From assembly GCA_963796125.1 (NCBI GenBank), contig CAWCKM010000050.1, positions 10,719 through 74,718 of the forward strand: a stretch of DNA of 64,000 bases, in the 5' to 3' direction. This document shows, piece after piece, positions 21,556 through 32,095 of this stretch; the stretch's first letter is position 1; every line of letters begins with the position of its first letter. Under the pieces are notes generated by a model. It was given only the letters and a program-made list of their open reading frames with translations, made no database searches and had not been told where the DNA came from. The DNA is from Nitrospirota bacterium (GTDB lineage Bacteria > Nitrospirota > Thermodesulfovibrionia > Thermodesulfovibrionales > SM23-35). The translations under genes and the position numbers were made by a program.

Positions 21556-22101
21556 ATGAACAAGAAGTTTTTCATAATTTCCGTATGTCTGTTTTTCCTG
21601 GGTACGGGAGGTCTTTTGCTGCCTACTGAAGGCTTATCTGGTAATGTAGATTTTAATATCGGAATAGGTATAGGGGTTCCGCCGCTTCCCGCAGTCGCAA
21701 TAACTGCACCGCCTGCCGTCTATCCGATACCCGGTAGTTATGCCTATTTCGCACCCGATGTCGGGTTCCAGCTCTTTTTCAACTCGGGGTACTGGTACCG
21801 TCCGTATAATGGATATTGGTACAGGGCTTCTTACTACAACGGCCCGTGGTACCACCTGCCGCCATCACGTGTTCCTGTTGTTTTTAATCGTTATACCTAT
21901 AATTATTACAGAATTCCTCCGGGACAGCGACTTATACCTTACGGCCATCTAAAGGACCACTGGCGTGAATGGGACAGAGGACATTACAGATGGGAAGACA
22001 GAAGAGACGATCGACACAGACATGAAAGGAATAGCTACCAAGGCAGGAGAGAATGGCAAGGTAAAATCGGTCCTGGGCAAAACATGGCAGATAAAAGCTA
22101 A
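21556..22101 (+). CDS. Exported Pro/Tyr/Trp-rich hypothetical protein with charged tail
   Basis: AAGGAGG RBS, signal peptide, GYWYRPYNGYWYRASYYNGPW. Confidence 0.7.
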   Translation: MNKKFFIISVCLFFLGTGGLLLPTEGLSGNVDFNIGIGIGVPPLPAVAITAPPAVYPIPGSYAYFAPDVGFQLFFNSGYWYRPYNGYWYRASYYNGPWYHLPPSRVPVVFNRYTYNYYRIPPGQRLIPYGHLKDHWREWDRGHYRWEDRRDDRHRHERNSYQGRREWQGKIGPGQNMADKS

Positions 22102-22429
22102 ACCCCTCCTTTCTTTAACTTTGGACATGAGGTCAGGTACTAGACCTCAAGTCCCACAGGGAGGCCGCCCCGCCTCCCTTTTATTTTTCGCTACTAACCC
22201 TTATTATCCAGAAAAAGTTACTTGCGCCGGCCTCTGCAAAAAAGAGTGTTAAGAAGTTTCTTCATTAAGGGTCTCATAATTGGATAGCTGATTATTCTAA
22301 AAACTCCCTTACCCCTTCCGCTTGCGGACCAGAGGGGCTATATTCCTCCCTTTGGAAAGGGAGGTTAGTAGGGATTTCACAAGTCAATGTTGTCATTATT
22401 TGAGAAGTGTTATTAATTCTTCCCCTAAG

Positions 22430-22855
22430 TTAAAACATCTTCAATAACACTGAAGCGCTTATAATTCTGACAGACTTGTACTTGCCTATATCCAGCAAGT
22501 CCTTGTCTCCGGTGACAATAAAGTCCGCTGATGCGGATACAGCACAGGCAATAAATTTATCATCATCCGCGTCCCTGCATATTCCTTTGATATTGTCTGT
22601 AGTTTCTATAACTTCAAAATACGGCAGGACTTCCTCCTCGATAATCACTTTTATCTCCTGCCCTGTCAAAGAAAACTTTGGATATTCAAGAACAGCCTTA
22701 AACTCCGCAAAAGTTTCTTTTGAGAGTACGGGAATAATTCTGCCCTTCTTCCAGAGATCGACTATCCCTGCGAGCTCACCCTTAAATAGTAGGGCTGATA
22801 CCAGAATATTGGTATCGAGAACTACCTTTTTTGCCGTACTTTCTTTCTTGCCCAC
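22430..22855 (-). CDS. PIN-domain toxin
   Basis: VVLDTNILVSAL, CRDADDDKFI, IVTGDKDLL. Confidence 0.88.
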   Translation of the reverse strand: MGKKESTAKKVVLDTNILVSALLFKGELAGIVDLWKKGRIIPVLSKETFAEFKAVLEYPKFSLTGQEIKVIIEEEVLPYFEVIETTDNIKGICRDADDDKFIACAVSASADFIVTGDKDLLDIGKYKSVRIISASVLLKMF

Positions 22856-23070
22856 TTTACCGCCTCAGCCACGTCGCCTTCGGTAATGCCAAGTTTCTTG
22901 AGTTTCTCTCTTATTCCCTCAAGTGTCATATCCGCATGGGTTATCTTAACCGGCATAAGTATTATCGTTCTTTCCTTAACCGTAACGTCAAAATAATCCG
23001 TATCCGGAAATTCCTTGACGATCTCTTTTGGTAATGTGAGCTGATTTTTCGATGTTTTCTTTGCAAGCAT
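22822..23070 (-). CDS. AbrB/MazE-like antitoxin
   Basis: TSKNQLTLPKEI; overlaps the PIN gene. Confidence 0.82.
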   Translation of the reverse strand: MLAKKTSKNQLTLPKEIVKEFPDTDYFDVTVKERTIILMPVKITHADMTLEGIREKLKKLGITEGDVAEAVKWARKKVRQKR

Positions 23071-24492
23071 GTTTCCTTACCTCCTTACTGTAAGGATACC
23101 TTATTAATCAGATAAAAGGCAATGTAGAAATGCAATCTTATTAACATTATCTGTTGCAGGCCGCTCCTCTTAAGACGATTACTCTGAATGCTCCGGTATT
23201 CGCAACATATGCTAGTCGAACTTTTTACTTCGAAGAAGGAGTATATGATATGCGTGAATACAACTGACGAACTGTTATCACATGATACTCTTGCAGTACT
23301 GTTTATAACGCAAGCAAATAATCGAATTACTTGCTGTGACGCCTGTCATTCGCCTCAGGGTAAGCGATGACATAGGCGGACCAGAAGCATTTACTTCGGT
23401 CGTGGTTCACGACAGAGGAATGTATATTGACGAATTCCATGAAACTTCAGTATCAGACCGATCGGAAGATGTGCAACAAATCGAAGTCTGCGGTGTTGCC
23501 TGCATGCTTCGCGTAATCAATGACAGAGGCGGACCCGATGCATTTACTTCAAATGTGGTGCATGCGAATGGCGACACTAAGGCCTCGCGCCTGCTGCAGA
23601 AGCCACATATGCTATCGGCAGCAGGGTAAATACCTGCCATGCTGCCTAATATCATCGTTTTTCATGAAACAAGGAAAGGTGCCTCAGGCATTCAGGGCAA
23701 AAAGAGGTATCGAGCTGTCAGACCTCACCCAGGCCCTGTTGAGCATTTCGCCAAGGCCGGTAGGACTGATGTCGACCGGAAATTTCAGGGCAGCAGTTCG
23801 TCCCCCCGAAGTCTCCCGTGCTGTGCGGACGTCGGCATAGGCATATGACGATGGATCAAGCGAAGCTTGGATCAGACGGCGGAGATCATCTTTGCATTTC
23901 GTCCGAAGAGCCGGTGCAGATGATGAGCCCCAAATGATTACCTCGGACGATAATGACGCTGAATAGGTGCATTCTAGCTGCATAACTGACAATATCTCCC
24001 TCGGCGGATTGAGTGATCTGAGTTCGGAGCAACACGGAAACGCATACGGTGCTGGAGACTGTCATCACACACGAAGCATACAACGCATGGCAGCTCTCGG
24101 GGACATCGACGTGACGTTCAAAGATATGGGCTTTGGAGAAATGTCTACTAGTATGTCAAGCTCCAAAGCACCGGCGGACTTCGAATAAGCGTCATTCCGC
24201 TGCGGCAGTTGCGGAATGACGTGTGAAGGACTAAGCCGCTGCGCCAGATATGGCGATTCGAATAATTCTCTCGGTGTTTTTTCTATCGAATTGAATATGG
24301 TTTGGATGGAATCTGCCTTTTTTTGACCTGCATGAGATCACTCCTGAGATGAAAACAGAGGTTGGGATTGTGTCCATTGTGGCAGGGTAGTACACCAAGG
24401 GGTGATTTCAGACAACAGGAGAGTATGGCGAAACAGAATGCTGTTTTCGCAGGCTGATGGAGATATGATTTTTATGTTGTCAACGGTGTTCA

Positions 24493-25684
24493 TCAGTATT
24501 GATGTGGAGGGCCATTGCACCTAAAAGGAAGCAGAAGCTCTACCCTGAGAATCGTGCCTTTCTTGCAAACCGGACAAGTAGTGATATCAATACCGCAGAT
24601 TCTGAGCAACTGATCCTGCCAGGTCTCTGGTTTTTCTTTTTCTTTTGTTACGGTTTTACAACTGCCAATGAGCTCACGGCATAGGGCGATGTTGTCTTTA
24701 CGGCTTCTGTTTGCCAGAAGTCCGAAGTGTCTTATGCGCACATATCGATGGGGCAATACATGAAGAAGGAACCTTCTTATGAACTCATCGGCCTTGAGAG
24801 TCATGGTCTTTTGTTTATCACCATCGGCATAGTCCCGCCAGCGGAAAGAGACATTGCCGTCCTGGACCTTGAGGATACGGTTATTACTGATAGCGATCCT
24901 GTGGGTATATCTGCCCAGATACTTAAGGACACCCTCAGCGCCGTCAAAAGGTGGCTTGCAATAGACAACCCACTTTTTATGGTAGAACTGTCCTCTGAAC
25001 ATTTCAAAGACATCGGGGTTCTTTCAGATGACGGATGCCGCCGGGGAAGATAAGATCACCCGATTCAAAACTGCTTTTGAGATAGTCCAGGAACTTGCCC
25101 CTGAACAACGAGGACATAACCCTTACAGGGATGAAAAACCCTTTTCTGCATGACACCCAGCGACTTCCATCGGGAGATAGTCCGCCGCCGGGTACGACAC
25201 AGTGAATATGGGGATGATCCATAAGGTTCTGTCCCCAGGTGTGAAGGATGCCGATAAACCCTATGTATGCGCCAAGATGTTTCGGATTATTGGAGAGTTC
25301 CATAAGCGTCTCGGAGACCGAGCGGAATAGTATGTTGTACATTACCCTCTGATTCATGATGACCAGGGGATTTAACTCTGATGGTATGGTGAACACTACA
25401 TGGAAGTATTGAATGGGCAATAGGTCTTCGCATCTGGCCTCAATCCACTTCTCTTTCTGCAGGGTCTGGCACTTGGGACAGTGCCGGTTCCTGCAGGAGT
25501 TGTAGGAGATATCCACATGGCCGCAGCTATACTTATACCTATGCCCGCCAAGGATTGCAGTCCTGCACACCTCAATGGCATGCATGGCGCGCAGATGATT
25601 AAGAGGCATCGGGTGAGATCTTCTATATTCTGGACCGTGCAGACGAAAGATATCCGCCACCTCAACGCCCTGAGACGTCCGCAT
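24493..25684 (-). CDS. IS91 family (HUH/Y2) transposase (frameshift near 25003)
   Basis: YNSCRNRHCPKCQ, FHVVFT, LHTWG...HPHIH, YLGRYTHRIAI, RIRHFGLL. Confidence 0.92.
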
Positions 25685-25704
25685 CGAAGATACCGCTAAA
25701 AGCT

Positions 25705-26547
25705 TTAAAACTCTTCGGGTATACTATCGAGGGGACTGGTGACCTGTGCCAGGTTCATCTTGCTGACATGAAGATAAACGGTCGTGGTCGTAGGAGACCT
25801 GTGGCCCAGGAGCAACTGGACATGGTGCAGACTGGTCCCCGCTTCAATCAAATGAGTCGCAAAGGAATGCCTCAATGTATGTGGGCTTACCGGTTTTGTT
25901 ATGCCGGCGCACTCTTTGGCTTCAAGGAATATCTGTCGTATCGAACTTATACATATATGGGTGCCTTCCTTTTGCCCTTCAAACAACCATTCTTTCGGAC
26001 GATATGCTCTCCAGTACTGCCTTAGACATTCAAGGGCGGTCTGGGACAGGATGGTGTAGCGGTCCTTGCCCCCTTTGCCCTGCTGCACTCTTACCATCAT
26101 CCGCTTGCTGTCGATATCGCTCACCTTAAGGCATGCCGTTTCACTTATCCTGAGGCCCGCAGAATAGGTGATCGTCAGGATCGCCCGGTGCTTGAGATTC
26201 TCTATGACGGAAAGCAAAGTCTTGACTTCAGATAGGTCCAGAACCACCGGAAGCTTCTTTTTCCCTCTGGGACAATGTATCTTCTCTACGACCTCTTCCC
26301 GTTTCAACGTGTGCTTGTACAGAAACTTCAGACCCTGGTAATAAAACCGGTATGTCCCCTTGGCTAACTTCCGCTCATTCAAAAGATAAAGAAGATACTC
26401 CCTGAGTTCCTTCTCTCCAAGTTGCTCCGGCGACTTGCCAAAGTACTTCGCATAATTGCTTACTTCCCTCAGATAAATCTTTTGGGTTTTAGGGGTAAGC
26501 CCCTTCAACTGAAGATCTGCCAACATCTGTTCTCTCAACGTGCTCAT
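25705..26547 (-). CDS. Tyrosine recombinase with N-terminal SAM-like domain
   Basis: YSAGLRISE, GKGGKDR, HTLRHSFATH, LLGH...TTVY. Confidence 0.92.
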   Translation of the reverse strand: MSTLREQMLADLQLKGLTPKTQKIYLREVSNYAKYFGKSPEQLGEKELREYLLYLLNERKLAKGTYRFYYQGLKFLYKHTLKREEVVEKIHCPRGKKKLPVVLDLSEVKTLLSVIENLKHRAILTITYSAGLRISETACLKVSDIDSKRMMVRVQQGKGGKDRYTILSQTALECLRQYWRAYRPKEWLFEGQKEGTHICISSIRQIFLEAKECAGITKPVSPHTLRHSFATHLIEAGTSLHHVQLLLGHRSPTTTTVYLHVSKMNLAQVTSPLDSIPEEF

Positions 26548-27074
26548 ATCACAACCTCCTTTGAATCAATATGCGCCGACGAATGTCGACGGTGAAACAA
26601 AGGAGATTGTAAAAAGACTTCGACTGATCAACAAGGGGGATAATAACGGACTAACTTCTACAACCCAGAAAAAGCTTTATCTTTCTATAAAAGGCTGACG
26701 GCTCGTAACCACCGCGCAGCCGGGGTTTCTAGGAGAAGGTGTTACTTCGTGTACTAAATAACTTATTAAATCGCTATGATCCTCATGCTTTTACTTTTAA
26801 AAGTTTATATGTAAATCGTGAGATTGATCACTTCTAAGTTTTGAAAGAGCTCAGTTAATTAATAAACAGTGGGGCTCAAAAACGGGGGAGCGTAATGCAT
26901 GTGATACCCTCGTGGGCTCCGCTTTAAATTCTGGAATAGTGATAATGTTTTGTTGAATGAATACCTTTTAAATGAATAAGAGAAACTTATCATGATTTTT
27001 TAGCGGAAAAATATCACGATTTTTTCGGTATCTTTAACAAGATAAAAGTTTGTTAAGGAAGGGAGAAATTTACC

Positions 27075-28004
27075 ATGAGACTACAATCGTCAGGAGGATA
27101 TGCGAAAGTGCTTATGTCAAGGAGCTTGATAGTCATACTCATCTCAGTTTTCGTGCTTATTTGGATAGGCTTTTCCTCAGCTGTTGAAGTGCCTAATAAT
27201 GCAGTAATGTGTCAGACATCGCCTATAACGATAGGGGGGGAGCCAGTTACCGGCAAGATTGAGACGACTGACTGTGTATCGTTGAAGTATGGAATAGGCT
27301 GGAACTCAGATCTTTATACATTTACAGGGTCAGTGGGAGACCAGGTATTGATATTAGTGAATTCCTCGGCGTTCAACACGAATATCGTGCTGTATGACCC
27401 GAACGGACTGAAAGTTCAGAATGAATCCACTCGTATACCACGCGGAAGCGGTTATTACACCCTTGCAACGACAGGGACATATACGGTAGAGGTGACTTCG
27501 TACAATGCAGGATCGACGGGGATGTATACTTTGAAATCTGCGAAGCCGGGAATATGCAGCACGACGCCTATGACGATAGGGGGGGAACCAGTTACCGGCA
27601 AGATTGAGACGACTGACTGTGTATCGTTGAAGTACGGAATAGGTTGGAACTCAGATCTTTATACATTTACAGGGTCAGTGGGAGACCAGGTATCGATATT
27701 AGTGAATCCCTCGGAGTTCAACACGAATATCGTGCTGTATGACCCGAACGGACTGAAAGTTCAGAATGAATCCACTCGTATACCACGCGGAAGCGGTTAT
27801 TACACCCTTGCAGCGACAGGGACATATACGGTAGAGGTGACTTCGTACAATGCAGGATCGACGGGGATGTATACTTTAAAGTCTGCGAAGCCGGGGATAT
27901 GTAGCACGACGCCTATGATCGATAGGAGGGAGATAGTTACCGGCAAGATTGAGACGACTGTAATGAATATGTCTGAATCTTTTTATCTCTTACCCCCTTT
28001 TTGA
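27075..28004 (+). CDS. Exported protein with tandem PPC-like beta-sandwich repeats, apparently truncated
   Basis: Signal peptide; DLYTFTGSVGDQV...LYDPNG...GTYTVEVTSY occurs twice. Confidence 0.7.
   Translation: MRLQSSGGYAKVLMSRSLIVILISVFVLIWIGFSSAVEVPNNAVMCQTSPITIGGEPVTGKIETTDCVSLKYGIGWNSDLYTFTGSVGDQVLILVNSSAFNTNIVLYDPNGLKVQNESTRIPRGSGYYTLATTGTYTVEVTSYNAGSTGMYTLKSAKPGICSTTPMTIGGEPVTGKIETTDCVSLKYGIGWNSDLYTFTGSVGDQVSILVNPSEFNTNIVLYDPNGLKVQNESTRIPRGSGYYTLAATGTYTVEVTSYNAGSTGMYTLKSAKPGICSTTPMIDRREIVTGKIETTVMNMSESFYLLPPF
27220..27960 (+). repeat. 345-bp tandem repeat, two copies plus a short third
   Basis: GAGACGACTG anchors at 27261, 27606, 27951. Confidence 0.9.
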
Positions 28005-28314
28005 GACGACCTGTATTTAACCTCAACTACAGAAGAAAACTTCTGGCTTTGAAATCTTGTCATGTTCACTTTCTATGTGAAGGAACTACTCCACGGGTTA
28101 TGTCCTATTTTTTGTTATACACATAATTGACAACTGACTCAACAAATTATTATCGTTAAATGACTTAATCGGCAATGAAAAACGATAAGCCGTGATTCCT
28201 GCTCTGCGAGTTGTAGATTGGACGAATTGGGATTGAAGAATTAATCAACTTGCTTTCAGTTTTAATAAAGGCAGGATCAGTATAAAAGATAATGCTTAGG
28301 CAGAAAAGGAACAT

Positions 28315-29511
28315 TTGAGAAAAGCTATATTCATAATCAGTGCCTGTTGGATTCTGTTGGTGAGCATATCATTTTTATGGAATTACTCGAGCGCTAAAAA
28401 AGGACAGGAAACAATTGCATTTCAGACAGCAAGAAGTTTTTTTGATCAGATTGTAATAACCCGACGATGGAATGCAGGCCATGGTGGAGTGTATGTTCTC
28501 ATAAACGACGACACGCATCCCAATCCATACCTTGAAGATCCTCTAAGAGATATAGAAGTCAATCGAAATTTAAAACTTACCAAAGTCAATCCCGCTTTTA
28601 TGACCAGACAGATTGCTGAAATTGCCGCACAACAGAAAGGGATATATTTTCATATTACCAGTCTGAAGCCAATACGTCCTGAAAATAAGCCAACAGCACG
28701 GGAAGAAAAGGCTTTAAAATCTTTCGAAACAGGCAGAAAAGAAATTGGTGAAATCATTACCGGGGAATCGGGAAAATACTTTTTTTATATGGCCCCTCTC
28801 ATAACGGAGAAAGGGTGTCTAAAATGTCATGCTAAACAAGGGTATAAAGAAGGAGATATTCGAGGGGGCATTAGTGTAACCTTGCCCTTCTTACCAATAT
28901 TACCACTCATGTCGCTAATAATAGGTCATTTTACAATAGGCTTGTCTGGTATATGCGGAATCGTCTTTTTTGGAGTGAAGCTTGACAAAGCATATAAAAA
29001 AATAAAGCAGCAGGCTGTCATCGATGCATTAACCGATATTCCTAATCGCCGAAGTTTTTCAGAGCAGATACTGAGAGAATTCCGTGACAGTCGAAGGAAC
29101 AAGTTACCTTTGTCTGTCATTATGTGTGATATCGATAATTTTAAATCCTATAATGATACTTATGGACATAATAAAGGAGATGAATGCCTCAAACAAGTTG
29201 CCCAAATTATAAAGAGCACGTTACAACGACCCCGTGACTTTTGTGCCAGATACGGTGGAGAAGAATTCGTTATCATTCTGCCTGATACCTCAAGAGAGGG
29301 CGCAGTGTCTGTAGCCGAAGAGATCCGGGAAAATATTCAAAATACAAAAATCCCACATCCAAAATCATTACCATTGGGTGTTGTCAGCTTAAGTTTGGGT
29401 GTTTCAACAATGCCAAGCGATGTGTTTATATCCCCTGAGGAGTTGGTTAAACAAGCAGACAAAGCTTTATATATGGCAAAGCAAAAAGGTCGGAATCGTA
29501 TAGAAATATAG
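28315..29511 (+). CDS. Diguanylate cyclase with periplasmic DUF3365 haem-c sensor
   Basis: TM, CLKCH, TM, RYGGEEF with RPRD I-site. Confidence 0.88.
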   Translation: MRKAIFIISACWILLVSISFLWNYSSAKKGQETIAFQTARSFFDQIVITRRWNAGHGGVYVLINDDTHPNPYLEDPLRDIEVNRNLKLTKVNPAFMTRQIAEIAAQQKGIYFHITSLKPIRPENKPTAREEKALKSFETGRKEIGEIITGESGKYFFYMAPLITEKGCLKCHAKQGYKEGDIRGGISVTLPFLPILPLMSLIIGHFTIGLSGICGIVFFGVKLDKAYKKIKQQAVIDALTDIPNRRSFSEQILREFRDSRRNKLPLSVIMCDIDNFKSYNDTYGHNKGDECLKQVAQIIKSTLQRPRDFCARYGGEEFVIILPDTSREGAVSVAEEIRENIQNTKIPHPKSLPLGVVSLSLGVSTMPSDVFISPEELVKQADKALYMAKQKGRNRIEI

Positions 29512-29633
29512 GGTGAAGGAAGAACGTTAAATTCATTCTTATTGACGGCTAACACGCCCTTTTCTTCCTGGACCATCAGAATCTTCTTTTCAATCATCTT
29601 AACAGGAATCAGTTAAAACCCAAGAAGCTTTTA

Positions 29634-30401
29634 TTATTTCCCCTCTTTCCCCCATTTGTCCAAAAAAGGTTTAATCAAGTCTATTGGTACAGGAAATATG
29701 ATTGTTGAGTTTTTCTCGGTAGCAATCTCTGTCAGGGTCTGGAGGAACCTGAGCTGTAAGGCAGACGGTGCAGTTGCGATGATATTTGCGGCATCTGCAA
29801 GCTTCTGTGAAGCCTGGAACTCTCCTTCTGCATGGATTATCTTTGCCCTTCTTTCACGTTCAGCCTCTGCCTGTTTTGCTATTGCCCTTTGCATCTCTAT
29901 TGGCAGATCAACATTCTTTACCTCCACTGCTGTAACCTTTATTCCCCAGGGTTCTGTCTGGAAATCAATCACCTTCTGCAGTTCTGCATTGACTTGTTCC
30001 CTGTTTGTAAGAAGGTCATCGAGCTGGCTCTGACCAAGGATACTCCTGAGCGTTGTCTGAGCTATCATTGATGTTGCATATAAGAAATCCTCTACTTCTG
30101 TAATAGCCTTTATCGGTTCAATGACCCTGAAATAGACAACAGCATTCACCTTAACTGAAATATTGTCCTTTGTTATTACATCTTGAGATGGAACATCCAT
30201 TGCAACGATACGAAGGCTCACCTTCACAAGCCTATCAATTATGGGCCAGATAATGACAAGTCCCGGACCTTTTACGGGAATAACCCTTCCAAGCCTGAAC
30301 ACTACTCCCCTTTCATACTCTCTCAAGATCTTTATTGCGCTTGAAAGAAAATAAAAGCCTAAAATAATGACCAGAGAGAAAACCCATGAATGATGGTGCA
30401 A
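29634..30401 (-). CDS. Slipin / SPFH (stomatin-like) protein
   Basis: [25 protein letters not shown]. Confidence 0.92.
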   Translation of the reverse strand: MHHHSWVFSLVIILGFYFLSSAIKILREYERGVVFRLGRVIPVKGPGLVIIWPIIDRLVKVSLRIVAMDVPSQDVITKDNISVKVNAVVYFRVIEPIKAITEVEDFLYATSMIAQTTLRSILGQSQLDDLLTNREQVNAELQKVIDFQTEPWGIKVTAVEVKNVDLPIEMQRAIAKQAEAERERRAKIIHAEGEFQASQKLADAANIIATAPSALQLRFLQTLTEIATEKNSTIIFPVPIDLIKPFLDKWGKEGK

Positions 30402-30503
30402 ATGGCATATTTACCTCCCTTTCTTAATCGTGATGCGTGATGAGTAACGAGTGATGAGTTTCATAAATATTTCTTTCACCAATTACTCATTACGGATCAC
30501 ATA

Positions 30504-31806
30504 TCACAGTTTTTTTACTTTTACCTTCAAATCCGAGACTGCCTCAACTATTACTTTTTCTCCCTTTGCTATAGGCTCATCGGAATATGCTGACCAGCGT
30601 TCACCGTGTAATAGTACCATACCTCCATCTTTTGTTATCTCGGTATACGCAACACCTTGAGCTCCCGTGAGACCTTCAGAGCCGGTAACAGGTTTTCTCT
30701 TATATGCTTTGTAGGCAAGCCCAAATGTGAGGGAAAAGAACAGAGTTGTTATGAAAACAGCAGGAAGAATAATCGCGAGCGAGAGTTTCATAAATGGAGC
30801 AGGGGACTCAAAGAGCATAAGTGAACCTATAACCATAGCGATGACCCCTCCGATAGTAAGTACACCATGGGATATGATCTTTACCTCGAGGATGAAGAGA
30901 ATGATGGCAAGGATAATCAGCAAAAGCCCTGCATAATTCACCGGAAGTGTCTGGAAAGCATAAAAAGCAAGGATGAGAGAAATTCCTCCCAATACACCGG
31001 GGAAAATTGCACCCGGGTTTGTAAGCTCAAAGAAGAGGCCGTAAAAGCCGAGGAGCATGAGGATATATGCGATGTTCGGGTCAGAAATGAGGTTGAGTAT
31101 TCTGTATCTGAACCCCATTTCTTCTCTGACCACTACCGCATTTTTCGTATTCAGAACCTTTTCACCCATGACCGTCCTAACCTTTCTCCCATCTATATCA
31201 GCAAGAAGAGAGTTCAGGTCTTTACTGACAAGGTCTATAACGCCTTCTTTCAATGCCTCTGCCTCTGTTGCAGAGATGCTCTTCCGTACTGCGTCCTCTG
31301 CCCATTTTGCATTCCTGCCGTTCCTTTCTGCAAGAGACTTTATATAGGCTGCAGCATCATTCGTCGCCTTTTCAGCCATCGTCTTTATCCATCTTCTCTC
31401 CGATACCTACTGGATGGGCTGCACCGATATTTGTACCCGGCGCCATAGCTGCAACATGGGCAGCAAGTGTTATGAATACACCTGCAGAGGCTGCCCTGCT
31501 CCCGCTTGGTGAAACATAGACAATAACAGGCACTTCACTTCCGATGATATCCTTCACAATATTTCTCATGGATGTATCAAGTCCTCCCGGTGTATCAAGC
31601 TCGATGACTAATGCCTCAACCTTTTTCTCATTCGCCTTTTTAATACTCTTTCCGATAAATTCTGATGCTACAGGATTTATAACTCCATTGACGGTAATGA
31701 CCATGACTTCCCGTTTTGGCTCTTCCGAAAAGATAGAAGACGAAAGAAGAGATAAGAAAAGAATTAGAAAAATGAAAAGTAAAGTTCGTTTAAGCATATC
31801 GATCAT
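30504..31806 (-). CDS. nfeD: NfeD membrane-bound protease (frameshift near 31375)
   Basis: LDTPGG, AASAG, GAAHPV; C-terminal GERWSA OB fold; adjacent to slipin. Confidence 0.9.
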
Positions 31807-31850
31807 TGATTCTTACGACATAACCGTTCTCCACAGCCAATCTTTTTCTC

Positions 31851-31912
31851 TGTCACTCCCGCTTGATCGGGAGTCCTTCCGAAAGAAAGATTCCGGACAA
31901 GCCGGAATGACA
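31851..31912. repeat. REP-like double hairpin
   Basis: TGTCACTCCCGCTTGATCGGGAGTC...GATTCCGGACAAGCCGGAATGACA. Confidence 0.65.
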
Positions 31913-32095
31913 AAGTCACAACTGGGATAAGACATTAGATTAGTGTAGCTCATTAGACTGCGAACTTCGCAGGCTTTCATAAAAAATTATAGACCTTAGA
32001 GGAATAAATTACAATAAAGAGGTTCATTAAAGACCTCCCCTTTTCCCCTCCTTGCCAAGGAGGGGATTGGGAAGGCTTAATGAAAAAACAATCTT

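Larger units (their letters stand above)
24228..26735 (-). mobile_element. IS91-family element carrying its own tyrosine recombinase
   Basis: Int + Y2 transposase pair; imperfect inverted end motifs CTAAGCCGCTGCGCC (24231) and CCGCGCAGCCGG (26712); ends approximate. Confidence 0.75.

Noticed and set aside
25705-26547. Integron integrase with cassette array
   Set aside because: Lacks the IntI-specific insertion, is coupled to an IS91 transposase, and no attC series was seen.
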